Part shown: positions 25,680-37,635 of the stretch, piece by piece | How the letters are laid out: each line of letters begins with the position of its first letter | How positions within the stretch are numbered: position 1 is the first letter of the stretch | Source of the DNA: Octopus vulgaris | Taxonomy: Eukaryota | Reading direction: 5' to 3' | Assembly: GCA_951406725.2 (NCBI GenBank) | Contig: OX597820.1 | Span: forward strand, 14,880,001 to 14,944,000 | Length of the DNA stretch: 64,000 nt | The notes under the pieces: model-generated | What the model was told of the DNA's origin: nothing | The model's input: only the letters and a program-made list of their open reading frames with translations | Database searches by the model: none | Made by a program: the position numbers and the translations under genes

Positions 25680-27047
25680 AGTGTGTGTGTGAGTGTGTGT
25701 GAGTGTGTGTGAGTGTGTGTGAGAGAGAGAGAGACAGAGACAAAATGTGTAAAATCTATGTATATTGATGTGTCCAGCACTTGATATCGAATTCATAAAG
25801 CATACTTAAATACCTTGTATTGGCACAAAGAGTAGCATAGCTAGGTTGGGGCAACTACAGGAGCCGTCCTCTCCGGCCCGTGCGGCACTTTCGGGCCTGA
25901 TGCATAAACCTGTACACAGGGTAGCAAATTTAAGGGTGACACACGCTCTAGCTTACGTCATTGGTCACAAAATATGCTGAGAAATTTTACAGACTTTCGA
26001 ATTAACTACAATCTGTTTGACTCTTATTTTAGCGAATCAGGTGATAAGAAAACCAAAGATCCCCCTAATGGAATTTAGATTCTGAATATACGATGACAAC
26101 GCTACATTGGCGTAGCTACAGTGTATCCCACTGGGGTAGCGCTTGAGTGTGCCGCTCATTTTTGGACCGATACTGCCTATACGGGCTTATACAGCAGAGT
26201 GGAGGTTCAATGGCCCAGTGGTTAGGGCAGCGGACTCGCGGTCATAAGAACGTGGTTTTGATTCCCAGACCGGGCATTGTGTTTATTGAGCAAAAAGACC
26301 TAAGCTCCTCGAGGCTCCGGCGGGGGGTAATGGTGAACCCCGCTGTACTCTTTCACCACAAATTTCTCTCACTTTTCCTACTTCTGCCACAAAGCAGAGG
26401 AACCATGGTGTAAATCACTATGGTGTGGTAAACATTCAGACCCTTGTTTAGATTACGAATCTTCTGTACCCCAGGATGGTTCAGCTCTCCACCCGTTAAA
26501 AGCCACCGTTTACAGAATGAGGATAACAACGTAGCTTTCGCACCCGTGCAACCGCCAGTCTATCGCGTGTGGTGGGTGGATCTTCAAGTTGCCACACGCA
26601 TTCTTAGTAGCTTAGAGTAGGCTCGAATTAGAGATTATTCTTTGTGGCTAATGGCGTGAGTCCTGATTGGAAGAAGAAGAAGAAGAGTATACAGAAGATT
26701 CACAAGTGTTGTTCCCATAAATGCATTGCCCTTCGCAGACTGGACCCTGGTTTATTTCTAGCTACGCTACTATAAAACATTTATCCCGGTGCCCTATACT
26801 TTCTTCAATGTAAAGGTTGATGGTTAAGTGTAAATTTTCCAAAAAAATGCGAAGGAGATGGAGAGTGTATTTAATGTACACCAGTCCAAACAATATCACT
26901 AATTCTTATCAAACCTCTGGAATAGTAGGTCAGTTACACTGGGATTCAAACATAAAAGGTTATTGAATATAACCGAGGGTATTTCGTTTAGTATTTAACA
27001 TTTTTTAAATCGTTATCTCTGCGACTTTCAACGATGTGTGTGTGTGG

Positions 27048-27078
<31 letters not shown>

Positions 27079-27785
27079 TGACCGACGGAGCGTCAGTTTG
27101 TATGTATGTATGCATGTACGTATGTATGTATGTATGTATGTTTGTATGTATATGTATGTGCATACGAATGCTTTTACTTAATATTCTTTTCTACTATAGG
27201 CACAAAGGCCAAAATTTTGGGGGACTTTGCCTTTCATCCTTTCGGGGTCAATAAATTAAGTACCAGTTACGCACTGGGGGCGATGTAATCGACTTAATCC
27301 GTTTATCTGTCCTTGTTTGTCCTCTCTGTATTTAGCCCCTTGTGGGTAGTAAAGAAATAGGTATTTCGTCTGCCGCTACGTTCTGAGTTCAAATTCCGCC
27401 GAGGTCGACTTTGTCTTTCATCCTTTCGGGGTCGATTAAATAAGTACCAGTTACGCACTGGGGTCGATACAATCGACTTAATCCCTTTGTCTGTCCTTGT
27501 TTGTCCCTTCTGTGTTTTGCCTCTTGTGTGTAGTAAAGAAATAGGTATTTCGTGTGTCTTTACGTTCTGAGTTCAAATTCGCCCATGTCGACTTCGCCCA
27601 TCATCTTTTCGGGGTCGATCTAACCTCTGCAAAATTTTCGGGCGTTGTGCCTAGAGTAGAAAAGAATATTCTCCCTAGAATATTGGAGTTGATTTGTAAC
27701 AAAGAAACCACATCAGCATCACTAGAATCCAGATAACAGCAACGACAATAAAAGAAACATTTATTTATATATTAATCACTCGTTG

Positions 27786-27857
27786 AACAGAGTGGTACAG
27801 TGGAAGCAAGCTGGGCCCATAACGCAGAGGTCCCTCGTTCGAAACTAAACACTGAAG
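27786..27857 (+). pseudogene. tRNA-iMet(CAT) pseudogene
   Basis: AACAGAGTGGTACAGTGGAAGCAAGCTGGGCCCATAACGCAGAGGTCC...TTCGAAAC aligns to initiator tRNA-Met; the acceptor and T stems are broken. Confidence 0.8.
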
Positions 27858-27929
27858 AAATGGCTCATATTTTTGATTATGTATACAACACAACTGAGCT
27901 GTCTACAGATATACAAACCATATAAATTT

Positions 27930-28130
27930 TAAGGGACTGCTGAATAGTTCCTGGCTTTGGGTAAAAGAAGATACAGGAGGATCAGTTAATTATGATTTTA
28001 TTCAACATGTTCCCCTCTCACACTTATTGTAGCAGTCCTTTAGTTTTTCTGAGCCTTGTAAAGGAACTCCAACTAGGCCTTTCACGATACCCTTGAAGCT
28101 AGGGACTTTTCAGCAGCTCCTCGCATTTAA
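27930..28130 (-). mobile_element. Mariner 3'-end remnant
   Basis: Minus strand has a NKCV..RGEHVE-stop-like mariner C-terminus followed by a TIR-like AAGCCAGGAACTATTCAGCAGTCCCT. Confidence 0.5.
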
Positions 28131-28450
28131 CCTGCAGGGTTTGGTACAAATTATATAATGCAATAGAAAGTTATACCGGGCCAAAGGGTCACTAACTGAC
28201 TGGGGTATATCAGAACTTATGTAGGACCTCTCTACCCAACGCAATGTATGGAGTACTGTTTTGCTTAATGTATGCACTAGGCGCAGGCCTGGCTGTTTGG
28301 TAAGTAGCTTGCTTACCAACCACATGGTTCCATGTTCAGTCCCACTGTCTTCTATTATAGCCTCGGGCCGACCAAAGCCTTGTGAGTGGATTTGGTAGAC
28401 GGAAACTGAAAGAGGCCTGTCGCATATATGTGTGTATGTGTGTGTGTATG

Positions 28451-28545
<95 letters not shown>

Positions 28546-29364
28546 ACAACATCGCTTGGCAACCGATGCTGGTGTGTTTACGTCCCCGTAACTTAGCGGT
28601 TCGGCAAAAGAGAACCGATAGAATAAGTTCTAGGCTTACAAAGAATAAGTCCTGGGGTCGATTTGCTCGACTAAAGGCGGTACTCCAGCATGGCCGCAGT
28701 CACATGACTGAAACATGTAAAGCACTTTGCAAAAACTACTTTCATACTCTTTACAACGGTTGTATTTCGATATATACACGCAGGTGTGCGAGAGTGTATA
28801 TGTTGGGTGACGATTGCCTGTGTGTGTTTAATATCATTTACAACGATTATATACGCACAATGTACCCACTACTGTGCGAGAGTGTATATGTTTGTGGAGC
28901 GACGTGTGCGTTCATGACACAGCCATGGCTAAGTGGTTACGTAGTCGATTCACAACCATGTGGTTTCGAGTTCGAACCCACTGTCTATTACTTTGGGGCA
29001 GGTGTCTTTACCTAACCTCGAATCGGCCCCGGCCACATAAAGAAATGTGGGATGGGGAGGAAATGGGTGGGGTGAAAACTGTGCAGAAGCCCATCAGATG
29101 GATTGCTGCTGTAATTCGAAGGTCCAGTCTTGTGGTTCTGATTCTACTTGAGAATTACGTTATGAACTTACGTCTGCGGAATATTCAGCCACAAATTCAA
29201 TAAAGAATACATAAGGAATTTGCTGTTGATTGAACTGGATGTTCATAACATAGATAGATAGATATATAGATGTGTATAGATAGATATATGCGTATATATA
29301 GATGTGTGTATATATAGATGTGTATGGATAAACAGACAGATATATATATATAAATATATATATA

Positions 29365-30026
29365 ACTTATAAGCGAGGGCTAAAGAAGATTATTCCAAAG
29401 CCAATCTACTGATTTTCCACATATAATCCACTTGCTATAGAAATTGAACTGAAGTCGGGCAAACTAACCGTTAGAATATTTAAATTTCGTTATCTCTATG
29501 TTGAATCAATTTCGGAATTAATCTCATAAAGGATTTGTTCTTCATCGGTAGAGCTTACGAGAGAATATAATTAAGATACTTACACTCGCCTATGGAAAAA
29601 GCCGAAGCAAAGAACATAAGTACATTTAAGTACCTCAGTTATATTTAAAAATAAAAATTCTTTGGTCAGTCTCAGAACAACGTGTTGACTGTTCGCCGAT
29701 ACAGATTGTAATGGTTACCAGTCCCTATAGCAAGCAGTAATAAGTCTACTACTAATAATATAGGATGAAGTTTTTTTCTACAGAAAAGAATTCCATCAAG
29801 AAATGTGGCAGCATATTAAAAAATACCTTTACGGTTAAAATTATAAACAACTTACAAGCGAGGGCTAAAGAAGATTATTCCAAAGCCAATATACTGATTT
29901 TCCACATATAATCCACTTGCTATAGAAATTGAACTGAAGTCGGGCAAACTAACCGTTAGAATATTTAAATTTCGTTATCTCTATATTGAATCAATTTCGG
30001 AATTAATCTCATAAAGGATTTGTTCT
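29365..30026 (-). mobile_element. Penelope-like element with tandem ~176-bp pseudo-LTR direct repeats
   Basis: 29365-29540 is near-identical to 29850-30026; the element is embedded in (TA)n and has a hammerhead motif at 29494-29553. Confidence 0.7.
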
Positions 30027-30129
30027 ATATATATATATAGTTGAAATTTACAGAAAAACAAAAGACGAAGACAGGTGTATACATAAGTGTGTGCGCGGGC
30101 GCGCGTATATATGTATGTATGTGTATATA

Positions 30130-32425
30130 ATGATGATTTCATTTATTTGCCACAAGGGCGAAGGATGAGGGGTACAATACAGAGTGTAGGGGTTTACATA
30201 TAACGAAATGATAAAAAGAAGTTAAATAAACACGGTACACACTGAAAAAGAAGGGACATATGCACAGTATACAAAGGTTTAAAAATAAAGATGGCGGGGA
30301 GGATGATAGAGATGTAGCCCTATTGATACAAACAGGGCTCTAGGAATAATTGAGAAATCCCACTGTCCGAGATTTCTCTGAAACCCCAAGAGCAAGTTCC
30401 TGTCCAATTCCTTCTTTCCGACTCACAGGTCCACACTTAGTTAGTTAGTTAGTTAATTTGGCTCAAAAGCAAATAGCAAGGCCATGTAGGGGGACATGGA
30501 GTTAAGTACAGGGTGGTGTTCATGTAAAGAGTTCAGGCCACTTGAGGTCCAGGGAGGCTTTGAACAAAGCGGTCGTCGGCATCTTTACCATCTCGTCTGG
30601 CAGCTTGTTCCACGGATCCGCAACCCGGACGGAGAAAGCTCCTCTCCTTCGATTGAGATGAAATCGTCGCAGGTAGAGCTTTTCGGAATGACCCCGCAGC
30701 CGACGCTCTGGAGCAGGAGTGAAGAACAGCTCTTTCGAGAGGTTACACTTTCCGCTTATGATGTGGGCGAGAATGAGATCACCACGGCGGTGGCATTTTT
30801 CTAGAGAATAAAGGTCGAGCGTCCTCAGCCTTTCTTCATAGGACAAATTTTTGAGACCATGAACCATGCGGGTAGCCAGCTTCTGGACTCTTTCGAGATG
30901 CTGTATGTCTTTGAGGAGATAAGGAGAAGAGGCTTGAATCCCGTACTCCAATATGGGTCTCACCAGCGTGACATAGAGTGGTAGGAATATGGCTGCTGTG
31001 AGCATTCCGAATGACCGTCGAATCAAGAACAGAATTCCGCGTGCTTTGTTGGCAGCATGGACGCACTGGGCCGAAGGCGAAAAGGAGGAATCCACCAAGA
31101 TACCCAGGTCCTTTACCTGATCGGTCCTCTCCAGCAGCAGACGACCCGGCTCGAAATCAAGTTGAGTTGCAGGAGTATCATCGATTCTTGCCATTTTCGC
31201 AACTTTCACCCACTTTTCAGTAAACTCACTCGAGGACAGCACTTCCCTCCTCACTCTCAATTTCCTTTACAAGTGAATCTTGAAAAAGTCAATGAGAGCT
31301 TTACCAAAGAGGAATGTATCTGTCCTCATGCTTTTCAGCCTTGCCCACCAAACAGCCTCTTTCGCCACATCCTCCAGGCAAAGGAAAACTGCCTTGTCTT
31401 GCCGATTGAAGAAGGGCGGCGGCAAGGGGATCATCACTACAAACTCGGCCGACAAACTGATCTGTCCTACACCTGACAGCAGCTGTTCGACATAACCTCA
31501 CAAGTCAGCACTGCCTGGACACTGAACGAGTGCATGCAAAACGGTTTCGTCATTCAGCGTGCATCTTTGACAAGTCCGTCTAACAGCACATTTGTGCCTG
31601 TAGAGTTTACTCGAACCGGTAGCGCCTCCCCGATAGTGCTGCCAAGCTAAGGACATCTGGAGATTAGCCATAATAGTTCCCAACCGGAAAGTATTCCGGA
31701 AAAGACTAGCCAGTTCGTTTTGGTCGGCACCCAGAGTCTCCCCGAAAACGCCGTCGAACTTCCCCGCCACTAATCCTCTATAAATTTCTAGAGCGGAACA
31801 TCCACCGATCCCATTGCCTGACTGATAGAAGGCTATGAACTCCTGACGACATTCTAGGTGTTAGGCACCCAGTTTCGGTCTTTTCTTCACCCAGGACAGC
31901 AGTTCCGTCAAAGAGACAAGCTGTGGAAAGACGAGCCTCACAAACTGAGCCCACACACGCTCACTGTCCAGAAATCGTTGCAGGTGGCGTAATCTAAGAG
32001 CGTGCCTGCGGATTAGGAGCCACGGCATACCTAATCCGCCACTCAGAGGATACTGGCAACAGACTGACCACCTGACCATTGGAACGCGACCCTTCCATAA
32101 GAATTTAAATAAGAGACACTCCAACCTGGTAAAGTGGTAATCAGGACAAGGCACGACGGTCAGGCGATAAATGATAACGGAAGCTAAGTAGGTATTTGCC
32201 ATCTCTCCCCGATCTTTCAGGGACAGCTTTTTCTTAGCCCATTTTCTGGGTAAGAATGGGCACCCCGTTCGCCACCTTGAATTGTTCTTAACCTAGAGGT
32301 CGGGACTAAACCGGATCCTGAGCAGTTTAATTGGTCCGTCGGTCCAGCATCCTGCCTCTCCAGGAGCCCAACCGCAAACCCACCGATTTGTCGGCGTTGA
32401 TTTTAGCCCCTGCAACTGACTCACA
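30130..32425 (-). mobile_element. 5'-truncated, degenerate L1/Tx1-clade LINE interrupted by a CR1 insertion
   Basis: Peptides GAKINADKS, LSLKDRGEMANTYLAS...FKFLWKG...GGLGMP, CCHC finger CQRC...ETVLHALVQCP and KWVKVAKMARIDDT; the ORF end LSVDL-stop and the 3' UTR resume below 30440. Confidence 0.85.
30437..31172 (-). mobile_element. 5'-truncated CR1-clade LINE (RT C-terminus, 3' UTR, (AACT)n tail)
   Basis: KDLGILVD, LYVTLVRPILEY, LERVQKLATRMV..LSYEERL..RRGDLI, RLRGH and FSVRVADPWNKLP motifs; tail at 30437-30455. Confidence 0.9.
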
Positions 32426-34036
32426 TTCCTATAATAACAATAATAATAATCCTTTCTACTATATGCGCAAGGCCTGAAATTTGGGAGGAGGGGCCATTCG
32501 GTTAGATCTAACCCAGTACGCAACTGGTACTTAATTTATCGACCCCGAAAGGATGAAAGGCAAAGTTGACCTCGGCGGAATTTGAACTCAGAACGTAGCG
32601 GCAGACAAAGTATCGCTAAGCATTTCGCCCGGTGTGCTAACGATTCTGTCAGCTCGCAGCCTTAGTAATAATAAAGTGGACAGTTGGTTAGCCTCGTACA
32701 TAAACATTGTTTGTATGCATAACACAAGAGGAGATGATAGTCAATCAATGAAGTTTATTATCAATGTATCCAGAGCACTTTGTCCCATATCGAAATTAGA
32801 TGAAAATTCCGATAAGATCATCACCTCTGTACAATATCAGTATATAGCAACAAAAGTTCCTGATTATGCGATAAATCTGTGAGTAAAGATAAGGAAATAG
32901 GTAGTTACATACTACATATGTTTCAAAAGACACACCGAACGCATATTATGTAACTTTAAGATGCTATATAGACATTCAGTGTTCCTTCTCTTCTGGTACG
33001 TTCTACCTGTCGCATATATATGTATATGCATGTATGTGTATACGGGTATGTATGTGGGGCGCTTACATATACAAATAGCAAGGTAATGTACTGAAAGTAA
33101 TTTTAATTGTTTATTGATTCGAAGTTATATCTTTGCGTTCTTCTTTAATAATCATCGAAGAACGTGATGAGAAGAATCATTCTTTGGAACAAGTGAGCAT
33201 TGGCCTACCAATGAAAACATTTTAGAATGTATGTGAGTACAGGCGCAGGCATAGCTATGTGGTCAGGAAGGTAACTTTGCCACCATATAGCTTCGCGTTC
33301 AGTCTCATTGCATGGTACTTCAACCATAGCTCTGGGCCGACCAATGCCTTGTGAGTGAATTTGGTGGACAGAAACTGTGTGGAGACCCGTCGTGCGCGCG
33401 CGCGTGCATAAACACCCACAAATGCATACATACATACATAGGCGCAGGAGTGGCTGTGTGGTAAGTCGCTTGCTTACCAACCACATGGTTCCGAGTTCAG
33501 TCCCACTGCGTGGCACCTTGGGCAAATGTCTTCTAGTATAGCCTCGGGCCGACCAAAACCGTGTAAATGGATTTGGTAGACGGAAACTGAAAGAAGCTCG
33601 TCGTATATACATATGTATGTGTGTATGTTTACGTACCCGTAACTTAGCGGCTTGGCAAAATACCGATAAAATAAGTACTAGGCTTACAAAGAATAAGTCC
33701 TGGGGTCGATTTATTCAACTAAAGGCAATACTCCAGCATGGCCGCAGTCAAATGACTGAAACTAATAAAAGAAAAGCATGCAAACATACATACACATACT
33801 CATATATACACGTGTGTGTGTGTAAGTATGTGTTTGTGTCACCCACTGCTGAACAACCGGTGCTGGTTTGTTTACGTCCTCGTAATTTAGCAGTTAGGCA
33901 AAAGAAACCGATAGAATAAGTACCAGACTTAAAATGAAAAAAAAAGCAACGGGTTCGACCTATTCAGCTAAAACCTTTCAAAAGCGGTGCCCCAGCTTGG
34001 CCGCAGTCTCATAACTGATAGAAGTAGAAGATAAAG

Positions 34037-34340
34037 TTTTGTTGTGTCTGGGTGGGGGGGTCATTGTGCTTTAATATAACACACAGGTTCATTTTCCACT
34101 CATTTATTTATTTATGTATTTATTTATTCCAGAAAGCTTTTCCCTCGCTGCATTTGCGACCGATCAATGGATTTTGAGTTTGTTATAACGGACAGTCAGA
34201 GTCAAAATTCATTGATACGGTCGCAAAGGCAGTGACAAAAAAGCTTCCTGGAAAAAATAAATAAATAAATAAATGAGTGGAAAATGAACCTGTGAGTGTG
34301 TTATATTAAAGCACAATGATCCTCCCCAGACGCAACAAAA
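34037..34340. mobile_element. ~300-bp foldback/palindromic MITE
   Basis: Arms TTTTGTTGTGTCTGGG..TCATTGTGCTTTAATATAACAC..GGTTCATTTTCCACTCATTTA and their reverse complement; short loop near 34190. Confidence 0.85.
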
Positions 34341-34477
34341 TTTATTTCAACACACAAATTCACATAAGGAAACCAGATACAAAAATTAAAGATATACCAA
34401 TACATCTTTCGTGGGGAGGGAATTTGGACAATCTTTTATCACGGTTTTCTAACACTGCAACAGGAATACACATTTCT

Positions 34478-34708
34478 TATTTCTTTATTGCCCACAAGGG
34501 GCTAAACATAGAGGGGACAAACAAGGACAGACAAAGGGATTAAGTCGATTGCATCAACCCCAGTGCGTAACTGGTACTTATTTAATCGACCCCGAAAGGA
34601 TGAAAGGCAAAGTCGACCACGGCGGAATTTGAACTCAGAACGTAACGGCAAACGAAATACAGCTAAGCATTTCGCCTGGCGTGCTAACGTTTCTGCCAGC
34701 TCGCCGCC
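34478..34708 (-). mobile_element. SINE A flanked by a ~96-bp direct repeat
   Basis: 34381-34477 is duplicated at 34710-34805. Confidence 0.85.
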
Positions 34709-35039
34709 TAAAATAAAAGATATACCAATACATCTATCGTGGGGAGGGAATTTGGACAATCTTTTATCACGGTTTTCTAACACTGCAACATGGACACACA
34801 TTTCTAGGAGCGTTCAGTAGTCGATCATATCGTCTTCAATATAGTCATGCAGTTTATACATGCCATGAGGGAGAGTTTATGTGGTCACCCGTCTTGCTAG
34901 AAATAGTAATTAAATCCAATCAAATCACATTTAGCTGTCTTAATCTTGGGTGGTAGATTTTAATTTTATCTTTTGCAGGATTTTGTAGCGAAAGGGACAA
35001 AAAAAAAAAAAAAAAAGGGCCTAAAAATTCAAAAGATGT

Positions 35040-35170
35040 CAACTGGCAGAAAGCATATAAAACTGAATATCACAAACCAGGAAAAAAAAAAAAAAGGAAC
35101 AAGATGGTGATAGGGAGTTCCAGCAAGCAGCAGTTCGAGGGAAGAAATTATTAGAATAAAATGACTTACG
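35040..35170 (-). mobile_element. LINE (CR1/Jockey-like) extreme 3' fragment
   Basis: Minus-strand peptide YSNNFFPRTAACWNSL; a related fragment lies on + at ~61815-61935. Confidence 0.5.
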
Positions 35171-36388
35171 ATAGATTTAATCTTAAATATGCTTAATCCG
35201 TCACCGAGATTAATCCCATTAGCCGGGTCCTTGGATGCTTTTAGCCGAGTTCACTCTGTTGCAAAGCAATGGAGTCCGGTCTCTGGTTCACCTTTCTGCT
35301 TCATACCGGTCTCGGGGGATCCTGTAATAAGTCATGGGGACGGTTTGCTCCCCTGACTAAAAGACATAAAATAAAAATTATGAAGTCTGACCCTTTTGCG
35401 ACGCTTCACGTGGTTCATATATCCACATAACATACAAGAAATTGCATCGCACGATTATTTTGTTTATTTTTTTCTTTGTTTTGTGGGGGGCGGGGTGTAC
35501 GGGTTTCAGTCATTAGGTTGCGGCCATTCTGGTGCACAGTATTGAGGAATTTTTAATCGAATGAGTAGACCCCAGTACTTATTTTTTTTTGAAGCCTGGT
35601 GCTTATTCAGTCGGTGTCTTTTGCTGAACCGCTAAGTTTCATGGACGTAAACACACCAACACTGGTTGTCAAGCAGACACACGCGCGCGCGCGACGGGCT
35701 TCTTTCAGTTTCCGTCTACCAGATCCATTCGTATGGCTTTGGTCGACCCGACGCTGTAGAAGAAGACATGCCCAACGTGCCACGCAGTTGGACGAACCCG
35801 GATCCATGTGGTTGGGAAGCAAGCTTCTTACCACACAACCACATCTACGCCGAAATTCTGCGTGTGTGTGTGTATGTGTATATATCAGAGAATACGTTTA
35901 ATACAATAGGACATACAAAACACTGCTCGTAGCCCAAGGTGCGCAGAACTGCACTCGATAGCATTGTAAAAGTATGCAATAAAATTACAATCATTGAAAG
36001 AAAAAAAAAATGTACGTTCTCTTATTTGCTGAGGAGCTTTTTAGAGAAACAATATGTTATAAATAGATGTTAAAAACCCGTGTTGGGCTGGACAAAGCAA
36101 AGTTGTATCAAAACGTAAACAGGTGCAGAGCCACCATACAATACATACGTACGTACGTATGTACATACGATCTGTAAAACTTTCCAGGAGTTAGTCATCT
36201 AAATATGAGCATGTCTAGATGTGCAAGTATACATACATAAATACATGTCCACCCTGTTGTTGATGTTAAAATTACAACGAAGGAGTCTTTGATCTAGGTT
36301 TGAAGCTGGCTCTTTCTTTATTGGCAAGAAATCTTGAAATAAAACTGAATATTGACGTACATAAATACATGCATACATACATATTATA

Positions 36389-37634
36389 CTAGCAGACATA
36401 CCCGGCGTTGCTCTGGATTAAAATAGCATAGTTATTTATTGTTTTACTTGTTTCAGTCATGTGACTACGGCCATAGTGGAGCACCACCTGCAGTCGAACA
36501 AATCGATCCCACATTTCATTCTTTCTAAGCCTAGTACATATTCTATTGGTGAGCTTTTGCCGAAGCGCTTAGATACGGTGACGTAAACACAGCAACGTCG
36601 ATTGTCAAGCAATGGTTGGGGTAGAACCAGACAAACACACACACACACAAATATACACATATATACGACAGACTTCTTTCAGATTCCCTGAGAAAATCCA
36701 CTCAAAAAGCGTTGGTCGGACTGAGACTTCACACCTACACACACGTACGTACGTACACACATACACGTGCGAGCACACACATTTATACAAAGATATATAT
36801 ATATATATATATATATATACTATATTTAGTTTCACGAAAACACAAAACACAACAACGCGCGTTGTTGTATTTTTTTTTGTGTTTTCTTGTTTGGATTAAC
36901 TTTAGATAGATATATATATATATATCTAAAGTTAATCCAAACAAGAAAACACAAAAAAACACAACAACGCGGGGACGTGAAACAAATAAAGTATTATTGG
37001 ACGCTCAGGAAAGAAGGGAAGAAGAAGGGTTTAACGTTTCGAGCGGAGCTCTTCGTCGGAAACATAGGAGAAGGAAAGATCCCGAGAAGAGAAGACAGAG
37101 GAAAAAAAATCGCCAACGGTACACACGAGGTCACATATATTTTTATATATATACATACAAAGTTATATACATATACACACACATATATACACATACATAT
37201 ACAAATATATAAATACACACATATAGATACCTATATACACACCTATACAGATACCTACACAAATACATGTACACACACATATATATACATGCAAAGATAT
37301 ACGCATACATGCAAAAATACACATACATACACACACACACATACATACATATAGTGGAATTATTTAAAGTGAAAGACAGAGTGAACTATTGAAAGTGAAA
37401 GAATATACTAGTGAAACTAACTTTCACCGTCGAAGTTTTCTCTTTTATTCTTGAAGTTTTGAGACGTAAAACGGAACCAGTGTCAACGTTGCATTGTTTT
37501 AATCCAAATAAATTACATGTTGACACTGCTAGGGTCTCATAATATTACCACGTAAAATTTGATTTGATTTGGTTGAGCCGTTTGAGAATGCATTGCGAAC
37601 AGACAGAGATACAAAGTATTTTATGTATGTATAA
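36389..37634 (-). mobile_element. Helitron-like unit 1, containing SINE B and Penelope-like insertions
   Basis: 3' end GAGCAACGCCGGGTATGTCTGCTAG; the 5' region 37500-37634 is homologous to 39645-39783. Confidence 0.6.
37029..37063 (-). ncRNA. Minimal type I hammerhead-like motif in a Penelope-like remnant (36858-37135)
   Basis: GTTT-CCGACGA-A-GAGC TCC GCTC-GAA-ACGT-T-AAAC; adjacent palindrome at 36858-36971; sister copy at 53529-53563. Confidence 0.6.
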
Positions 37635-37635
37635 A

